A DNA stretch of 64,000 bases from a virus (lineage: Duplodnaviria; Caudoviricetes). The position numbers and the translations under genes were made by a program. Below are positions 19,233-29,268 of this stretch, one piece after another. Within the stretch, counting starts at the first letter, position 1. Every line of letters starts with the position of its first letter. The stretch covers positions 8,569 to 72,568 of the IMG/VR virus record IMGVR_UViG_3300046524_000301; one strand, written 5' to 3'. The notes beneath the pieces are model-generated. The model had not been told where the DNA came from. It did not search any database and saw only the letters and a program-made list of their open reading frames with translations.

Positions 19233-22200
19233 TAACCTTCAACTAATCTTTTCGTCACCACGGGAAATTAATACCCGTGTTGATGGTTCGCTTATGCAGG
19301 GTATTCTTTCCCAGTTTCCGATCGAAGGCAAAAACTACATTTTGACCATTTCGGATCTTAAGGCTGAACCTAAAGAATTTACCCACGCCGATGAAAAGGA
19401 TGCGATTTTGAAATCCAAATCGCTATCATATCCTATCAAAGGCCATATCAAGTTGATTGAAAAGGCAACGGGTAAAGTCGTTGACGAGAATAAGAACTTT
19501 TCGTTGATGGACGCTTTTTACATTACACCGAAGCACACAATGGTGTATAAAGGCAACAACTACTCAGTTGCCAACCAACTCCAGTTGAATCCTGGGGTAT
19601 ACACACGTAGTAAAGAAACAGGTGAACTTGAGTCACACTTTAACACGGGCTCTGGCCGAAGCTTTTCGATCACGCTTGATCCGCAGACATTCCAGTTCTC
19701 GGTTCATCCGGCAAGCTCATCTTCGTCAATTCCCCTTGGTCCGCTCGTGTCTAAGGTTTTCGGCATTGGTCTTAAAGAAGTAAGTCAATACATTCCTGCA
19801 CAGGTATGGGAAGCTAATCTTGCGGCTTCGGCAGGCAAGGAAGCTAAGATCGTCAACGATCTATACTCTAAACTCGTGTCGACGGGTAAACAGAAGCCTG
19901 CAGCATCACTTGAAGAAAAGATGATGCAATTGCGTGAATCGATGGAAGCTTCGTCACTTTCTCCGCAAACGACTTTGGTTACACTTGGTAAGTCGGTTAG
20001 CTCAGTTAACTCTGATGCCATCCTTCGTGCTATGCAAAATCTTGTTAAAGTCCATGCTGGCGATAAGCCTGAAGATAACCGAGATTCGCTACAATTCAAG
20101 CGTGTTCAGAATCTGCCTGACTTTATTACGACTCGTTTTAACAAACACGAAATGCTGCCTAGCATTCGTCGTAAACTTCTAGCTAATTTGGATAAGACGA
20201 AAAATCCGTCAATCCGTGATGTGGTAGTAAGCAAGCCTTACAACAAGGTGATGTCAAACTACATCATTGAAAGTAACCTGGTTTCAACTCCATCGGAAAC
20301 GAACCCTATCGAATCTTTGGAAAGCGTTGGTAAAGTAACAGTTCTTGGAGCCGGTGAAGGCGGTATTGCTTCTGATCGTGGTGTGCCTATGTCTGCCCGA
20401 GATATTGATCCTTCGCATCTTGGCATTATCGATCCGAGCCGTACACCGGAATCGGGTCACGCCGGTATCGATCAACGTTTCACTATTTCTGCTCGTCGTG
20501 ACGACAGCGGTAATCTATACGCTCGTGTTATCGACAAGCAAGGTAAACAGCACTATCTGTCCGTGCAGGAAATGATGACGCATACCGTCGGATTCCCGCA
20601 TCAAGAAGGCAAAAAGATTGTTCAAGCTCAGGTTCACGGCGACCTGAAAGAAGTACCGGTTGGCCAAGTTGATTACTGGCTTGGCGACACGACCGACATG
20701 TACACGATTACGACTAACCTCGTACCGTTCCTGAATAGTAACCACCCGGGTCGTCTGACGATGGCGGGTAAAGCTATCCCTCAGGCCCTGTCTCTGGTCG
20801 AGCGTGAAAAACCGCTTGTCCAGACCGTTAATGGTGCTGGAACGAGTTTCGTCAAAGCTGTAGGCCAGGTTGTAAGTACTGTCGCTCCCGTAGCAGGCAT
20901 AATTTCGACTATTAACAAGACGCAGATTCACATCAAGGATGCCGACGGTAGAACCCACAAGGTTGACCTCGTTAAGAATCTGCCATTCAACATGAAAGGT
21001 TTCCTTGACGATGAAAAGCCTTTGGTGAAGGTTGGCGATAAAGTGGATATGAATCAGCCTATCGCCGATAACAACTACACGGTTGACGGGGAACTTGCGC
21101 TTGGTAAGAATCTTGAAGTAGCTTACATGCCGTACAAGGGCTACAACCACGAAGACGGTTTAGTTATCAGCCGTTCATGTGCTGATAGTCTGAGCAGTCA
21201 CCACGCATACAAGGTCGACTATTCGGTTCAGCCGATCTCGACAATGAGTAAAACCCTGGTTGTGCGTCACTTCCCAGGTAAATTCACGAAGGATCAACTG
21301 AACAACCTCGACGATCAAGGCTTCGCTAAAGTCGGTTCTATCATCAAACACGGAGACCCAGTCTACACTGTGCTTGAAAAGCGTGAACCTACGGCTGAAG
21401 ATAAAATGTTGGCTCGTTTGCATAAATCGCTAGTTAGCCCGTATCGTCTTGCTACAGAACTGTGGACCCACGAAGAGAATGGGGAAGTGGTTGATGCGCA
21501 TACGGAAGGTAAGAATATTCGTATTCTCGTCCGTTCTATCAAACCGCTTGAGATTGGTGACAAATTGACCGGGCTTCATGGTAACAAAGGTATTGTTTCG
21601 AAGATCCTCGAAGATCACGAAATGCCTTACAAGAAAGACGATGGTAAGCCAGTTGACATTCTACTGAATCCGGCTTCTGTTACTTCTCGTATTAACTTGG
21701 GCCAGTTGATGGAAACTGCTGCTGGTAAGATCGCAAAAGCTAAGGGTACTCCTTACTTCGTGCATAACTTTAGCAAAGGCAGCAACGTAAGCGATCTAAA
21801 GAAGGAACTTGACAGTATTGGTATTAGCGATACCGACATGATGGTCGACCCGAAGACAGGTAAAGACCTTGGACGTATTCTTACGGGTCCACAGTACTTC
21901 CTAAAGCTTTATAAAACGACTGACCAGAACTGGTCTGCACGTAACGTTGGTAGCTACGACAACGTGCTGCAACCGCAGAAAGGCGGCGAAGAAGGTTCGA
22001 AGTCTGTCGGCTACATGGAAATGCTTGGTCTGCTTGGCTCGAATGCCCGTAAGAACCTGAAGGAAATCGCAACGCTTAAGTCTCAGGATAACTCGGAATA
22101 CTGGACTCGTTTTAAAATGGGTCACGCCCTTCCGAAGCCGAAGATGACTTTTGCTACACAGAAGTTCTTCGATTATCTGAGCGGTTCGGGGATTAAGACT

Positions 22201-22593
22201 AGCATCAAAGACGGTAAACTTACAGCTTCTCCTTTGACTGACCAGGATATTATCGGAATGTCGAACGGTAAGATCGAGTCTCCAGAATTGCTGAGTGCCA
22301 AGAATCTTGAACCTGAAAAGGGCGGTCTGTACGATCCGGCAACTACGGGTGGACTGAGAGGCAATAAGTGGACTCATTACGAATTGGCCGAAGCTCTACC
22401 GAATCCTGTGTTTGAGCGTCCGATCAAGAGTCTGCTAGGCTTGAAGTCAAGCGAATTTGACGGAATCGTTCAAGGTACTATCGGTGTTAAAAACATGGGT
22501 GACGGATCTTTTGCTTTGCATAATACGTCTGACGGTAAGCATATTAAAACCATTAAGGTGAATAGCGCTAATGTAGCAGATGCAGGAGATTAA
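19216..22593 (+). CDS. phage RNA polymerase beta subunit fused to the beta-prime N-terminus
   Basis: RDIDPSHLG..DPSRTPE, GKNLEVAYMPYKGYNHED, GDKLTGLHGNKG, NPASVTSRINLGQ, YFLKL, GYME; C-terminus EPEKGGLYDP...HYELA is beta-prime region A/B. Confidence 0.92.
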   Translation: MPTPANNLQLIFSSPREINTRVDGSLMQGILSQFPIEGKNYILTISDLKAEPKEFTHADEKDAILKSKSLSYPIKGHIKLIEKATGKVVDENKNFSLMDAFYITPKHTMVYKGNNYSVANQLQLNPGVYTRSKETGELESHFNTGSGRSFSITLDPQTFQFSVHPASSSSSIPLGPLVSKVFGIGLKEVSQYIPAQVWEANLAASAGKEAKIVNDLYSKLVSTGKQKPAASLEEKMMQLRESMEASSLSPQTTLVTLGKSVSSVNSDAILRAMQNLVKVHAGDKPEDNRDSLQFKRVQNLPDFITTRFNKHEMLPSIRRKLLANLDKTKNPSIRDVVVSKPYNKVMSNYIIESNLVSTPSETNPIESLESVGKVTVLGAGEGGIASDRGVPMSARDIDPSHLGIIDPSRTPESGHAGIDQRFTISARRDDSGNLYARVIDKQGKQHYLSVQEMMTHTVGFPHQEGKKIVQAQVHGDLKEVPVGQVDYWLGDTTDMYTITTNLVPFLNSNHPGRLTMAGKAIPQALSLVEREKPLVQTVNGAGTSFVKAVGQVVSTVAPVAGIISTINKTQIHIKDADGRTHKVDLVKNLPFNMKGFLDDEKPLVKVGDKVDMNQPIADNNYTVDGELALGKNLEVAYMPYKGYNHEDGLVISRSCADSLSSHHAYKVDYSVQPISTMSKTLVVRHFPGKFTKDQLNNLDDQGFAKVGSIIKHGDPVYTVLEKREPTAEDKMLARLHKSLVSPYRLATELWTHEENGEVVDAHTEGKNIRILVRSIKPLEIGDKLTGLHGNKGIVSKILEDHEMPYKKDDGKPVDILLNPASVTSRINLGQLMETAAGKIAKAKGTPYFVHNFSKGSNVSDLKKELDSIGISDTDMMVDPKTGKDLGRILTGPQYFLKLYKTTDQNWSARNVGSYDNVLQPQKGGEEGSKSVGYMEMLGLLGSNARKNLKEIATLKSQDNSEYWTRFKMGHALPKPKMTFATQKFFDYLSGSGIKTSIKDGKLTASPLTDQDIIGMSNGKIESPELLSAKNLEPEKGGLYDPATTGGLRGNKWTHYELAEALPNPVFERPIKSLLGLKSSEFDGIVQGTIGVKNMGDGSFALHNTSDGKHIKTIKVNSANVADAGD

Positions 22594-22596
22594 ACG

Positions 22597-22956
22597 ATGC
22601 AGAATCCTAATCGGTTTATCAGGGGACTATCTGATATTTCAGATATTGTAGATATTCCATGTAATGACGGGCCTGAAGTAATACATAAAACAACCGTTAT
22701 TCCCTTGGTGGTGCCGTCCCCTGCACCTTCTACGGTAACTTCGATCGCATCTTTGACTCAATTTGAACAAACTCTTACCATAGACGGCGCTCAGATTTTA
22801 TCCATAGGGGAAACCCCAGGATCCAATTCTATGTTATTTATAAATGGGTTTATTCAATCGAAAACATCGTATGATACTAGCGGAGATTCTCTAATTCTCC
22901 CTTCTTCTTTGAATTTGTTTGCGGGAGACTTGATAATATTTCTATATTTGAAATAG
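22597..22956 (+). CDS. small fibre-associated beta protein
   Basis: C-terminal LFING...Y..SG.....GD....Y.K matches the C-terminal domain of 23041-24138. Confidence 0.55.
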   Translation: MQNPNRFIRGLSDISDIVDIPCNDGPEVIHKTTVIPLVVPSPAPSTVTSIASLTQFEQTLTIDGAQILSIGETPGSNSMLFINGFIQSKTSYDTSGDSLILPSSLNLFAGDLIIFLYLK

Positions 22957-23040
22957 TCTGTTGCGGATTCTAAAATAATAGATGTAGCTAAGGCCCGGCT
23001 AATATAGGGCCTTTCTTTTAAAAACAAAGGAAAGCCTTAT

Positions 23041-24138
23041 ATGGCCCAATCTCTAATTCGTGGCTCGACACAGATAATGGCCGGGACAATCCCGGCTTCA
23101 GCTTTTGTGTCGAGCCTTAATCTTCCCACTTCACAACTTCAAGACGGAGCAACGTTTATTCGTTCGACCGGTTCAGTTGCGATGGGAGCTTCGCTCAGTA
23201 TGGGCGGATTTACAATCACAAACCTCGGTACCCCTGTCAACGGAACCGATAGTGCTACAAAATCTTATGTTGATGCTCTGGCAAATGGCCTTAGCTTCAA
23301 GAATGCTGTACGTGCTTTAGCTGCTGCAAACGTTACGCTTACTGGTACTCAGACCATCGACGGCGTAGCTCTCGCTGTTAATGATCGTGTGCTTCTAACT
23401 GCGCAGACAACAGGCTCACAGAACGGTCTATGGACGGTTCAGACGGGCTCGTGGACTCGTCCTTCAGACTGGGCTGCAGCAACGACACAAAAGGAAGGAG
23501 CGTACGTTCTCGTCGATCCTGATGGCACTACGTACAAGAATAGTAAATGGTACTGTACTAACACCGGCACAATCACGGTTGATACAACTTCTACAGCCTG
23601 GGTTCAGGATACATCAGGCGCTTCATATAGTAATGGCCAGGGTCTTTCGCTTACAGGCTCTACTTTTGCTGTGAAGCTCGGTAACGGTATGACTTTCGAT
23701 GGTTCGAACAACGTTACGCTTTCTCCTGCTACTGGGGGGTTGCTAACTGTTGCGGCTGGCGGAGTAGGTATTACCAACTCTTCTTCTGCGGCTCAGCTAA
23801 TTATTTCCAACGCTTCAAACCAGGCTGCATGGGTTAGCGCAAGTGGTGACGCAACTATCTCGAATGCTGGCGTTTTCACTGTTAACAACACTGCTGGTAC
23901 TGGTTTCACGAAGTACACGAATATGGTTAACAACGAAACTCCTGGCGGAACGATTAACGGTGCGAACACTGCATTTACGCTTGTCAGCACTCCGCAGGTT
24001 TCATCTCTTGAGCTTTTCTTGAACGGTATGCTACTTGAACCGGGATCAGGAAACGATTATACTATTAGCGGAACAGCCATAACTATGCTGTTCGCTCCGC
24101 TGAGCGGGGACAAGCTAAGAGCATATTACTGGAAATGA
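23041..24138 (+). CDS. virion fibre protein (head/tail fibre-like)
   Basis: ITNLGTP..TDSATKSYVD; TLTGTQTIDGV...DRVLLTAQT..QNGLW...W.R fibre motifs; late promoter motif. Confidence 0.75.
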   Translation: MAQSLIRGSTQIMAGTIPASAFVSSLNLPTSQLQDGATFIRSTGSVAMGASLSMGGFTITNLGTPVNGTDSATKSYVDALANGLSFKNAVRALAAANVTLTGTQTIDGVALAVNDRVLLTAQTTGSQNGLWTVQTGSWTRPSDWAAATTQKEGAYVLVDPDGTTYKNSKWYCTNTGTITVDTTSTAWVQDTSGASYSNGQGLSLTGSTFAVKLGNGMTFDGSNNVTLSPATGGLLTVAAGGVGITNSSSAAQLIISNASNQAAWVSASGDATISNAGVFTVNNTAGTGFTKYTNMVNNETPGGTINGANTAFTLVSTPQVSSLELFLNGMLLEPGSGNDYTISGTAITMLFAPLSGDKLRAYYWK

Positions 24139-24374
24139 CAAATAATACAAACGTAGTACCTGAACAAGACGCCTGGCTCGGAAAGATGCAAAACGAGCTG
24201 GGCGTTTTATATTCTAACGTGTGGATGTTGGAAATTCAAAAGGAGCGCCTGACTAATCGTGTTCTTCAAGATGCGGAACTTATTGCCCATCTTAAGGAAA
24301 GAATTCTAAAATTAGAGCAGGCTAATACAGAGCTAAAAGAGACTATTCAGCCTGAACGACGAAAGAGAGAATAA
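24135..24374 (+). CDS. coiled-coil protein (possible fibre chaperone)
   Basis: Heptad pattern; coupled to the fibre gene. Confidence 0.5.
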   Translation: MTNNTNVVPEQDAWLGKMQNELGVLYSNVWMLEIQKERLTNRVLQDAELIAHLKERILKLEQANTELKETIQPERRKRE

Positions 24375-24905
24375 ATGGCACGTACACAGATTAATCTTGG
24401 AGCCCAAGGCGCTGACGGAACTGTATTAAGAGCAGATCTGAATACCACGACCGCAGGAAGCGCTGTTATTACAAAGGTGCTGGCTGGAACTGGTATTTCA
24501 ATTTCAGCGTTCACTGGTGCTGATTCTGGTACTGGCGATGTAACTCTAGCTGCAGGCCTTCCGGGTACGCCCTTTGATATAATTCTCTTCATTCAAGGCG
24601 GTTTTGCAAATGCCGAAACACTTACTTCTATAAATACTAGAAGAACATTCTCGTTACCGGCAAACCTTACTGGGAGTGTAGTAGACGCTAAAACTGCTGC
24701 TACTGCATCGACAACTATTACGTTCACAAAGAACGGCACATCTATCGGAACTGCCGTATTTGCAGCAAGCGGTACTGCAGCTACTCTTACCTTTTCATCA
24801 ACTGTAAGTTTTGCAATCGGTGATATCTTCGAAATCGTGGGACCAGCTACGGCAGATACTACGCTTGCAAACGTACGATTTAACCTAGTAGGAACAAGAA
24901 CGTAA
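24375..24905 (+). CDS. fibre/receptor-binding accessory protein
   Basis: T/A/G-rich with a jelly-roll-like C-terminus. Confidence 0.6.
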   Translation: MARTQINLGAQGADGTVLRADLNTTTAGSAVITKVLAGTGISISAFTGADSGTGDVTLAAGLPGTPFDIILFIQGGFANAETLTSINTRRTFSLPANLTGSVVDAKTAATASTTITFTKNGTSIGTAVFAASGTAATLTFSSTVSFAIGDIFEIVGPATADTTLANVRFNLVGTRT

Positions 24906-25537
24906 TGGGTACACTTACTGGATCTATTGCAGTACTTACTGGCACTGAAACTTTCAGTCTGGTGAGTCCTGTACAAACTGACTGGATTGAATTTGCACAA
25001 ACTCTTACTTACAATAGAAAGAGCGGAGGAGGTTCCACTATAAGTTCCCCGACATTGCTAGGCACTGGCGGAACTATTAGCGGGTTCGGATTTGGTTTGG
25101 GATATACCTGGACCGGAGGCACTCCAGTAGCTTCTGGAACAGCTGTTAGGGAAGGGATCGGAGTAGATCACACTACGGCAATAGTCGGTCAGGGCCTTAG
25201 ATTCACTATGCCTGCGGATATGACTTCTCGTACTGCTGTAATCTATTGGGGAACGTATAGTGGTGCGGGTCGATTAACTGCTACTTTGCTAGATGGCAGC
25301 GCACAGCCTTTTATTCAAAATGAACCTGCTACCAGTCCAGGCGGGCAGTCTACATACTATTCTTCAACTCTTACTTATAACGCAAACTCGCCCAATCAAA
25401 AATTGCAGATAGATTTAACGCTTACGCAGATAGGCCTTGACAATGATGGAAACGTGTGGATAGGGGCAGTTAAATACCTAAACGGTACAGCATCTAAAAT
25501 TCCACGAGTAAGACGAATTTTGACTATCAGCTCTTAA
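24905..25537 (+). CDS. beta-sandwich structural or carbohydrate-binding-like protein
   Basis: T/G/S-rich with aromatic residues; coupled. Confidence 0.55.
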   Translation: MGTLTGSIAVLTGTETFSLVSPVQTDWIEFAQTLTYNRKSGGGSTISSPTLLGTGGTISGFGFGLGYTWTGGTPVASGTAVREGIGVDHTTAIVGQGLRFTMPADMTSRTAVIYWGTYSGAGRLTATLLDGSAQPFIQNEPATSPGGQSTYYSSTLTYNANSPNQKLQIDLTLTQIGLDNDGNVWIGAVKYLNGTASKIPRVRRILTISS

Positions 25538-25556
25538 ACGCTTTAAAATTAAAACC

Positions 25557-26720
25557 ATGAATAAACCTAATGACACAATTGATACAGATAGCCTTGCGGT
25601 GTCTGGCGATGCTTTGCACCAAATGCTTTCTACGATTGACGTAGATGCACAGATTAAAGCTTTGAAAGCGGAAATTAAAGAAACCAAGTCCCCATCTAAA
25701 AAAGACGCAATCGTAAAGAAGATCAAATACCTTGCAGGTTTGCAGAAAGTGGATCTACGTCCTGAAACTGCCTACGTCATTCACAACGTTCCAGTTACTC
25801 CTCCGCTAGTACGTCCAAGTATTCCGATGGGCGGTAATCGTATTGAATTCGCTGACGTTAATACGCTTTACCGTGACCACATGCTTGTTAATAACGGCTT
25901 GAAAGGCAACGTAGACATATTGCCTCACGACATGCTGATCAATGAACGTAAAGATGCCTACAACGGCCTTAAGGCTGTGTTCGGTCTTGGAGACGCAGTA
26001 TCAGGTGGCGCTCGTGGAAAGGAGTTGAAGGGATATATCCAGCAAATCGCTGGTGATACTGGCCCTAAAGGGGGTTTCTTCCATAACAAGCTACTGAAGA
26101 AGAAGCAAGACTTCTCTGGCCGTGCAACGATTTATGCTGAGCCTAATCTCGGCTTTAACGAAGTTGCTGCTCCGAAAGACATGCTTTGGACGATGTATGA
26201 ATTTCATATTATTCGTGACCTGGTCCGTAACGGTTACGATATGATGGCTGCACGAAAAGCTGTTGCAAATCGTGATGTTGGTGCGACGAATAGCTTTAAT
26301 AAAATGATCAAGCAGGTTCCGGTCATTCTTAACCGTGCTCCGACTCTGATGAGAACGAACATTACTGCTCACTATCCTGTGCCTATTGAAGGTAAAACGC
26401 TTGGTATTAATCCATTGCACTTGCCCATGTATGCAGGCGACTTTGACGGTGACGCCTTGACTTTGCACGTTCCTATGACCCCAGAAGCTGTTGAAGAAGC
26501 TAAGCAAAAGCTCCTACCACAACAGCACATTTACGATTACCGTAAAGGTCAAGGTGCTTCGATGGTTGCTCCAGGTCACGAAGCAGTTATTGGATCTATG
26601 GCTTTGACTGAGCCAGATATGGATCAAGCTCCGAGAACATTCGCTTCTGAAGCTGAAGTACTGGCTGCGCTTGAGCGTGGCGAGATCAACGATAGAACGC
26701 CTATTAAAATCGGAAGCTAA
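25557..26720 (+). CDS. phage RNA polymerase beta-prime catalytic fragment
   Basis: VPVTPPLVRP, KKQDFSGRATI, VILNRAPTL, YAGDFDGD (26430-26453), LHVP. Confidence 0.92.
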   Translation: MNKPNDTIDTDSLAVSGDALHQMLSTIDVDAQIKALKAEIKETKSPSKKDAIVKKIKYLAGLQKVDLRPETAYVIHNVPVTPPLVRPSIPMGGNRIEFADVNTLYRDHMLVNNGLKGNVDILPHDMLINERKDAYNGLKAVFGLGDAVSGGARGKELKGYIQQIAGDTGPKGGFFHNKLLKKKQDFSGRATIYAEPNLGFNEVAAPKDMLWTMYEFHIIRDLVRNGYDMMAARKAVANRDVGATNSFNKMIKQVPVILNRAPTLMRTNITAHYPVPIEGKTLGINPLHLPMYAGDFDGDALTLHVPMTPEAVEEAKQKLLPQQHIYDYRKGQGASMVAPGHEAVIGSMALTEPDMDQAPRTFASEAEVLAALERGEINDRTPIKIGS

Positions 26721-26829
26721 AAAAGAGGAGATACGCCCTGGAGGGGGACGTACTCCTCAACCTCCTCGGGCAGCGGAAGCGGAACTCGGGGCCGAATCCG
26801 CCTTGGTGAACCGCTGCCTGAGAGCCACC

Positions 26830-27603
26830 TTAATTTTGGCCGAATGCTCTGTGAAGTTCCTTGTACAGGTTGTAAGCCTGCGTCACAGTCAGAACTTCCG
26901 ATCGTTCTCCGAATTCGAAGAACATGTAAGCTTTCGGCTCAAAGTCCTGTCCGTCTTTGGCGACCACTTTCTTAGCAAGTTCACGCGCCGTCTTTCCAAA
27001 ATGCGGGCTGTCAGGATCCAGCGCTGCCATGCCCTGAATGAACTCAAACTTTCCAAATTTCCTCTGAGCCTTCGGCGTGACTTTAAGGTTCGCATCTTGA
27101 GGTTGAACAGGCTGCGCCTCGGTCGATACGGTAACTTCCTTCTCGGGCTCGGCACCATCGACTTTCTCCAACGGAAGAGCTTGCTGGGTTTCGACGAGGG
27201 CCAAAGCAGGTTTTACTCTCGTCATGCGACGGATTGCCTTCTGGGCTTTCACGTCATTAGGTGCGATCTTTCGAGCGACCTTGTGCGTCAGCTTTCGAGG
27301 TTTGTACTCGACGTCTTCGTTGATGAAATACAGCTTGTGACCTCCGCCCCCAGCGCTGATCTCTGCACGGATAAATCCATTGTCTTTCAGATGAAGCAAA
27401 GCGTTGTCAATCGCCTGTTCTTTGATGTCGGACTTATCATGAACAAGCCCGGTGCAAAGATCCGAACGGGACAAACCACCGCCGTACTTCTGAAGCAACT
27501 GATACACGGCGTGAGAGTTCGTTACGTATTCAAGCGATTCCACATTGACCACCTTCGGCTTGCGAGCCTTCATAACTTGTTGCTTGGCAATAGAGGTTGA
27601 CAT
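26830..27603 (-). CDS. basic early protein, N-terminal winged-HTH-like domain
   Basis: Promoter at 27670; VYQLL...LSRSDL...ALLHLKDNGFI pattern. Confidence 0.55.
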   Translation of the reverse strand: MSTSIAKQQVMKARKPKVVNVESLEYVTNSHAVYQLLQKYGGGLSRSDLCTGLVHDKSDIKEQAIDNALLHLKDNGFIRAEISAGGGGHKLYFINEDVEYKPRKLTHKVARKIAPNDVKAQKAIRRMTRVKPALALVETQQALPLEKVDGAEPEKEVTVSTEAQPVQPQDANLKVTPKAQRKFGKFEFIQGMAALDPDSPHFGKTARELAKKVVAKDGQDFEPKAYMFFEFGERSEVLTVTQAYNLYKELHRAFGQN

Positions 27604-27688
27604 TATTGGTCCTTCGAAAAAGGTATAGTTAGAATAGCGTAAGGAATAAATCTATTTCCTTACAATTTTCTTATACCAAATTTAAAGG

Positions 27689-29050
27689 TCAAAGATGGAC
27701 TCGGTCAATTTCTCCGTCAGCGAATCCGTTATACACAGGGAATCTAATCTGGCCTCCGGGTACGCTTGGCGGATAAGCTCTAACCTGGATCAGTTTGCCG
27801 TCGAACATCTCTGGATGTTTACGTGCATTGATTCGTGTTTCTCTGTCAAATCCCGTTCCAACCTTTCCAACCATTTTTCCTGAAGCATCGTATAGATACA
27901 AAGCTCCCATGCTGTCTTTAGGATTTCCCTTAATATCGATTTCCTGCTGCTGACCTTGGGCTCTCAAATTATATGTCACATAGTTTTTAACTTTGTAACG
28001 TACTGATTCTGTTTCAGGCTGTGCATAGTCAGCCACAATCAAGCCTTCGCCTTTATCTCCTTTGATCTTATCGAGATACTTGTTGATGTTCTCGACACCG
28101 TGTTCTAGATGAGGTGCGAACATTACTTCGCTATTTCCAAAGTCCTTCTCAAACTTTTTCAAATACTCAATCTTATCTTTATACGTAGCAAGATCGGGAT
28201 TCTTGACATCGATAAGCACAGCTCTAACGGGGCCTTTCTCGGCTTGAGTTGCGATTGCACGAGGCGCAAGCGAATTCAGAATACCCGAAACAGTTGGGTG
28301 TGATTCTGTCTCAGACTTGGCCAGTCCGGTATGAATCAATTCAACGGCAAACTGATTACCGACATAATCAGGCATTTGTTTTGCAAGATGAGGTAATTGA
28401 GATGAACGTTCTGGGTATCCGCCCTTAACACTCTCTCTACGTGAGTGAAATGTAAGAGAAGCGTCAGGCTGAACTGTCAAAATGAAATGAGCACCGTCCC
28501 ATTTCTTTGATGCAACTGGATGTTCAAGCTTGGTCCAATCGCCTTCAACGTATTTGTGACGTTGGTAGTTTTCAGCTGAAGCTTGTTTTTGAATTTGACT
28601 CAGATATGGATTGACGCCTTCGACAAATAGCTGACTTCCAAGTGGACCGATTCCACGAAACGTTTGAATTTCAGCACGAATCTCTTCAGGCGTACGGCTA
28701 TCGATAAGATTACCAATCGTTCCGTATTTCTCTTTTAGATGCCTTGCTTGTGCAAGCATCGTCGTAGCTGTGGATTCATCGAATCGGCCATAATGTCCTT
28801 TGACCAGGTTGTCACGAAGATTCTCCCAACCAGCTGATTCAACAGCTTCAGGTGAGTGGAACCCCTGTTCTGCCATATGTTTTGCAGCCATACCTGCTAC
28901 AGAACGCTGAATAGGTCTAGAAAAAAGAGTCACCGCTGTAAGCCATTTATACAGTTCCTTTTCATCGCCCTTAGACAAGTCAAAGCCAAGCCCCTCAGGG
29001 CTAGCTGGTTCCTTAAGTTCGGTTGCTACTTTTTCTAGGTACTTGTTCAT
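27689..29050 (-). CDS. HhH (endonuclease III-like) domain fused to ATP-dependent DNA ligase; NKYLEKVA tag
   Basis: FRGIGPLG HhH; ligase KWDG, VEL, LID, EGLIV, YKVK; OB-fold GKVGTGF and RFPVY; KQAS linker between domains. Confidence 0.85.
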   Translation of the reverse strand: MNKYLEKVATELKEPASPEGLGFDLSKGDEKELYKWLTAVTLFSRPIQRSVAGMAAKHMAEQGFHSPEAVESAGWENLRDNLVKGHYGRFDESTATTMLAQARHLKEKYGTIGNLIDSRTPEEIRAEIQTFRGIGPLGSQLFVEGVNPYLSQIQKQASAENYQRHKYVEGDWTKLEHPVASKKWDGAHFILTVQPDASLTFHSRRESVKGGYPERSSQLPHLAKQMPDYVGNQFAVELIHTGLAKSETESHPTVSGILNSLAPRAIATQAEKGPVRAVLIDVKNPDLATYKDKIEYLKKFEKDFGNSEVMFAPHLEHGVENINKYLDKIKGDKGEGLIVADYAQPETESVRYKVKNYVTYNLRAQGQQQEIDIKGNPKDSMGALYLYDASGKMVGKVGTGFDRETRINARKHPEMFDGKLIQVRAYPPSVPGGQIRFPVYNGFADGEIDRVHL

Positions 29051-29268
29051 CAGTGATCTCTTTGTTTGATAGCTGCAACAGCAGCCTCAAATTTAGCCCT
29101 GTGTTGTTTTTCTTCTGGTAACGCAAACTTCAACGCTGCGACGAGTTTCGGATTTCTGGCTTTCTTCAATTCTTCGGAGTACTTCTTCACATCATCGTTT
29201 TCGTCTTTTTCATTCTTCTCTGCCGTAGCTAGGTCAGAAGCAATTTTGGTTAGGTATTTATTAGTCAT
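29050..29268 (-). CDS. small helical protein (ferritin-like EExxH) with NKYLTKIA tag
   Basis: MTNKYLTKIA; EEKQH. Confidence 0.6.
   Translation of the reverse strand: MTNKYLTKIASDLATAEKNEKDENDDVKKYSEELKKARNPKLVAALKFALPEEKQHRAKFEAAVAAIKQRDH

Noticed and set aside
22594-25556. Intron or intein interrupting RNAP
   Set aside because: The interval is filled with ordinary fibre genes with their own promoter motif, and neither fragment end has intein splice-junction residues.
26671-27600. 309-aa + strand ORF
   Set aside because: It is the antisense shadow of 26830-27603, which has the promoter, RBS and terminator.
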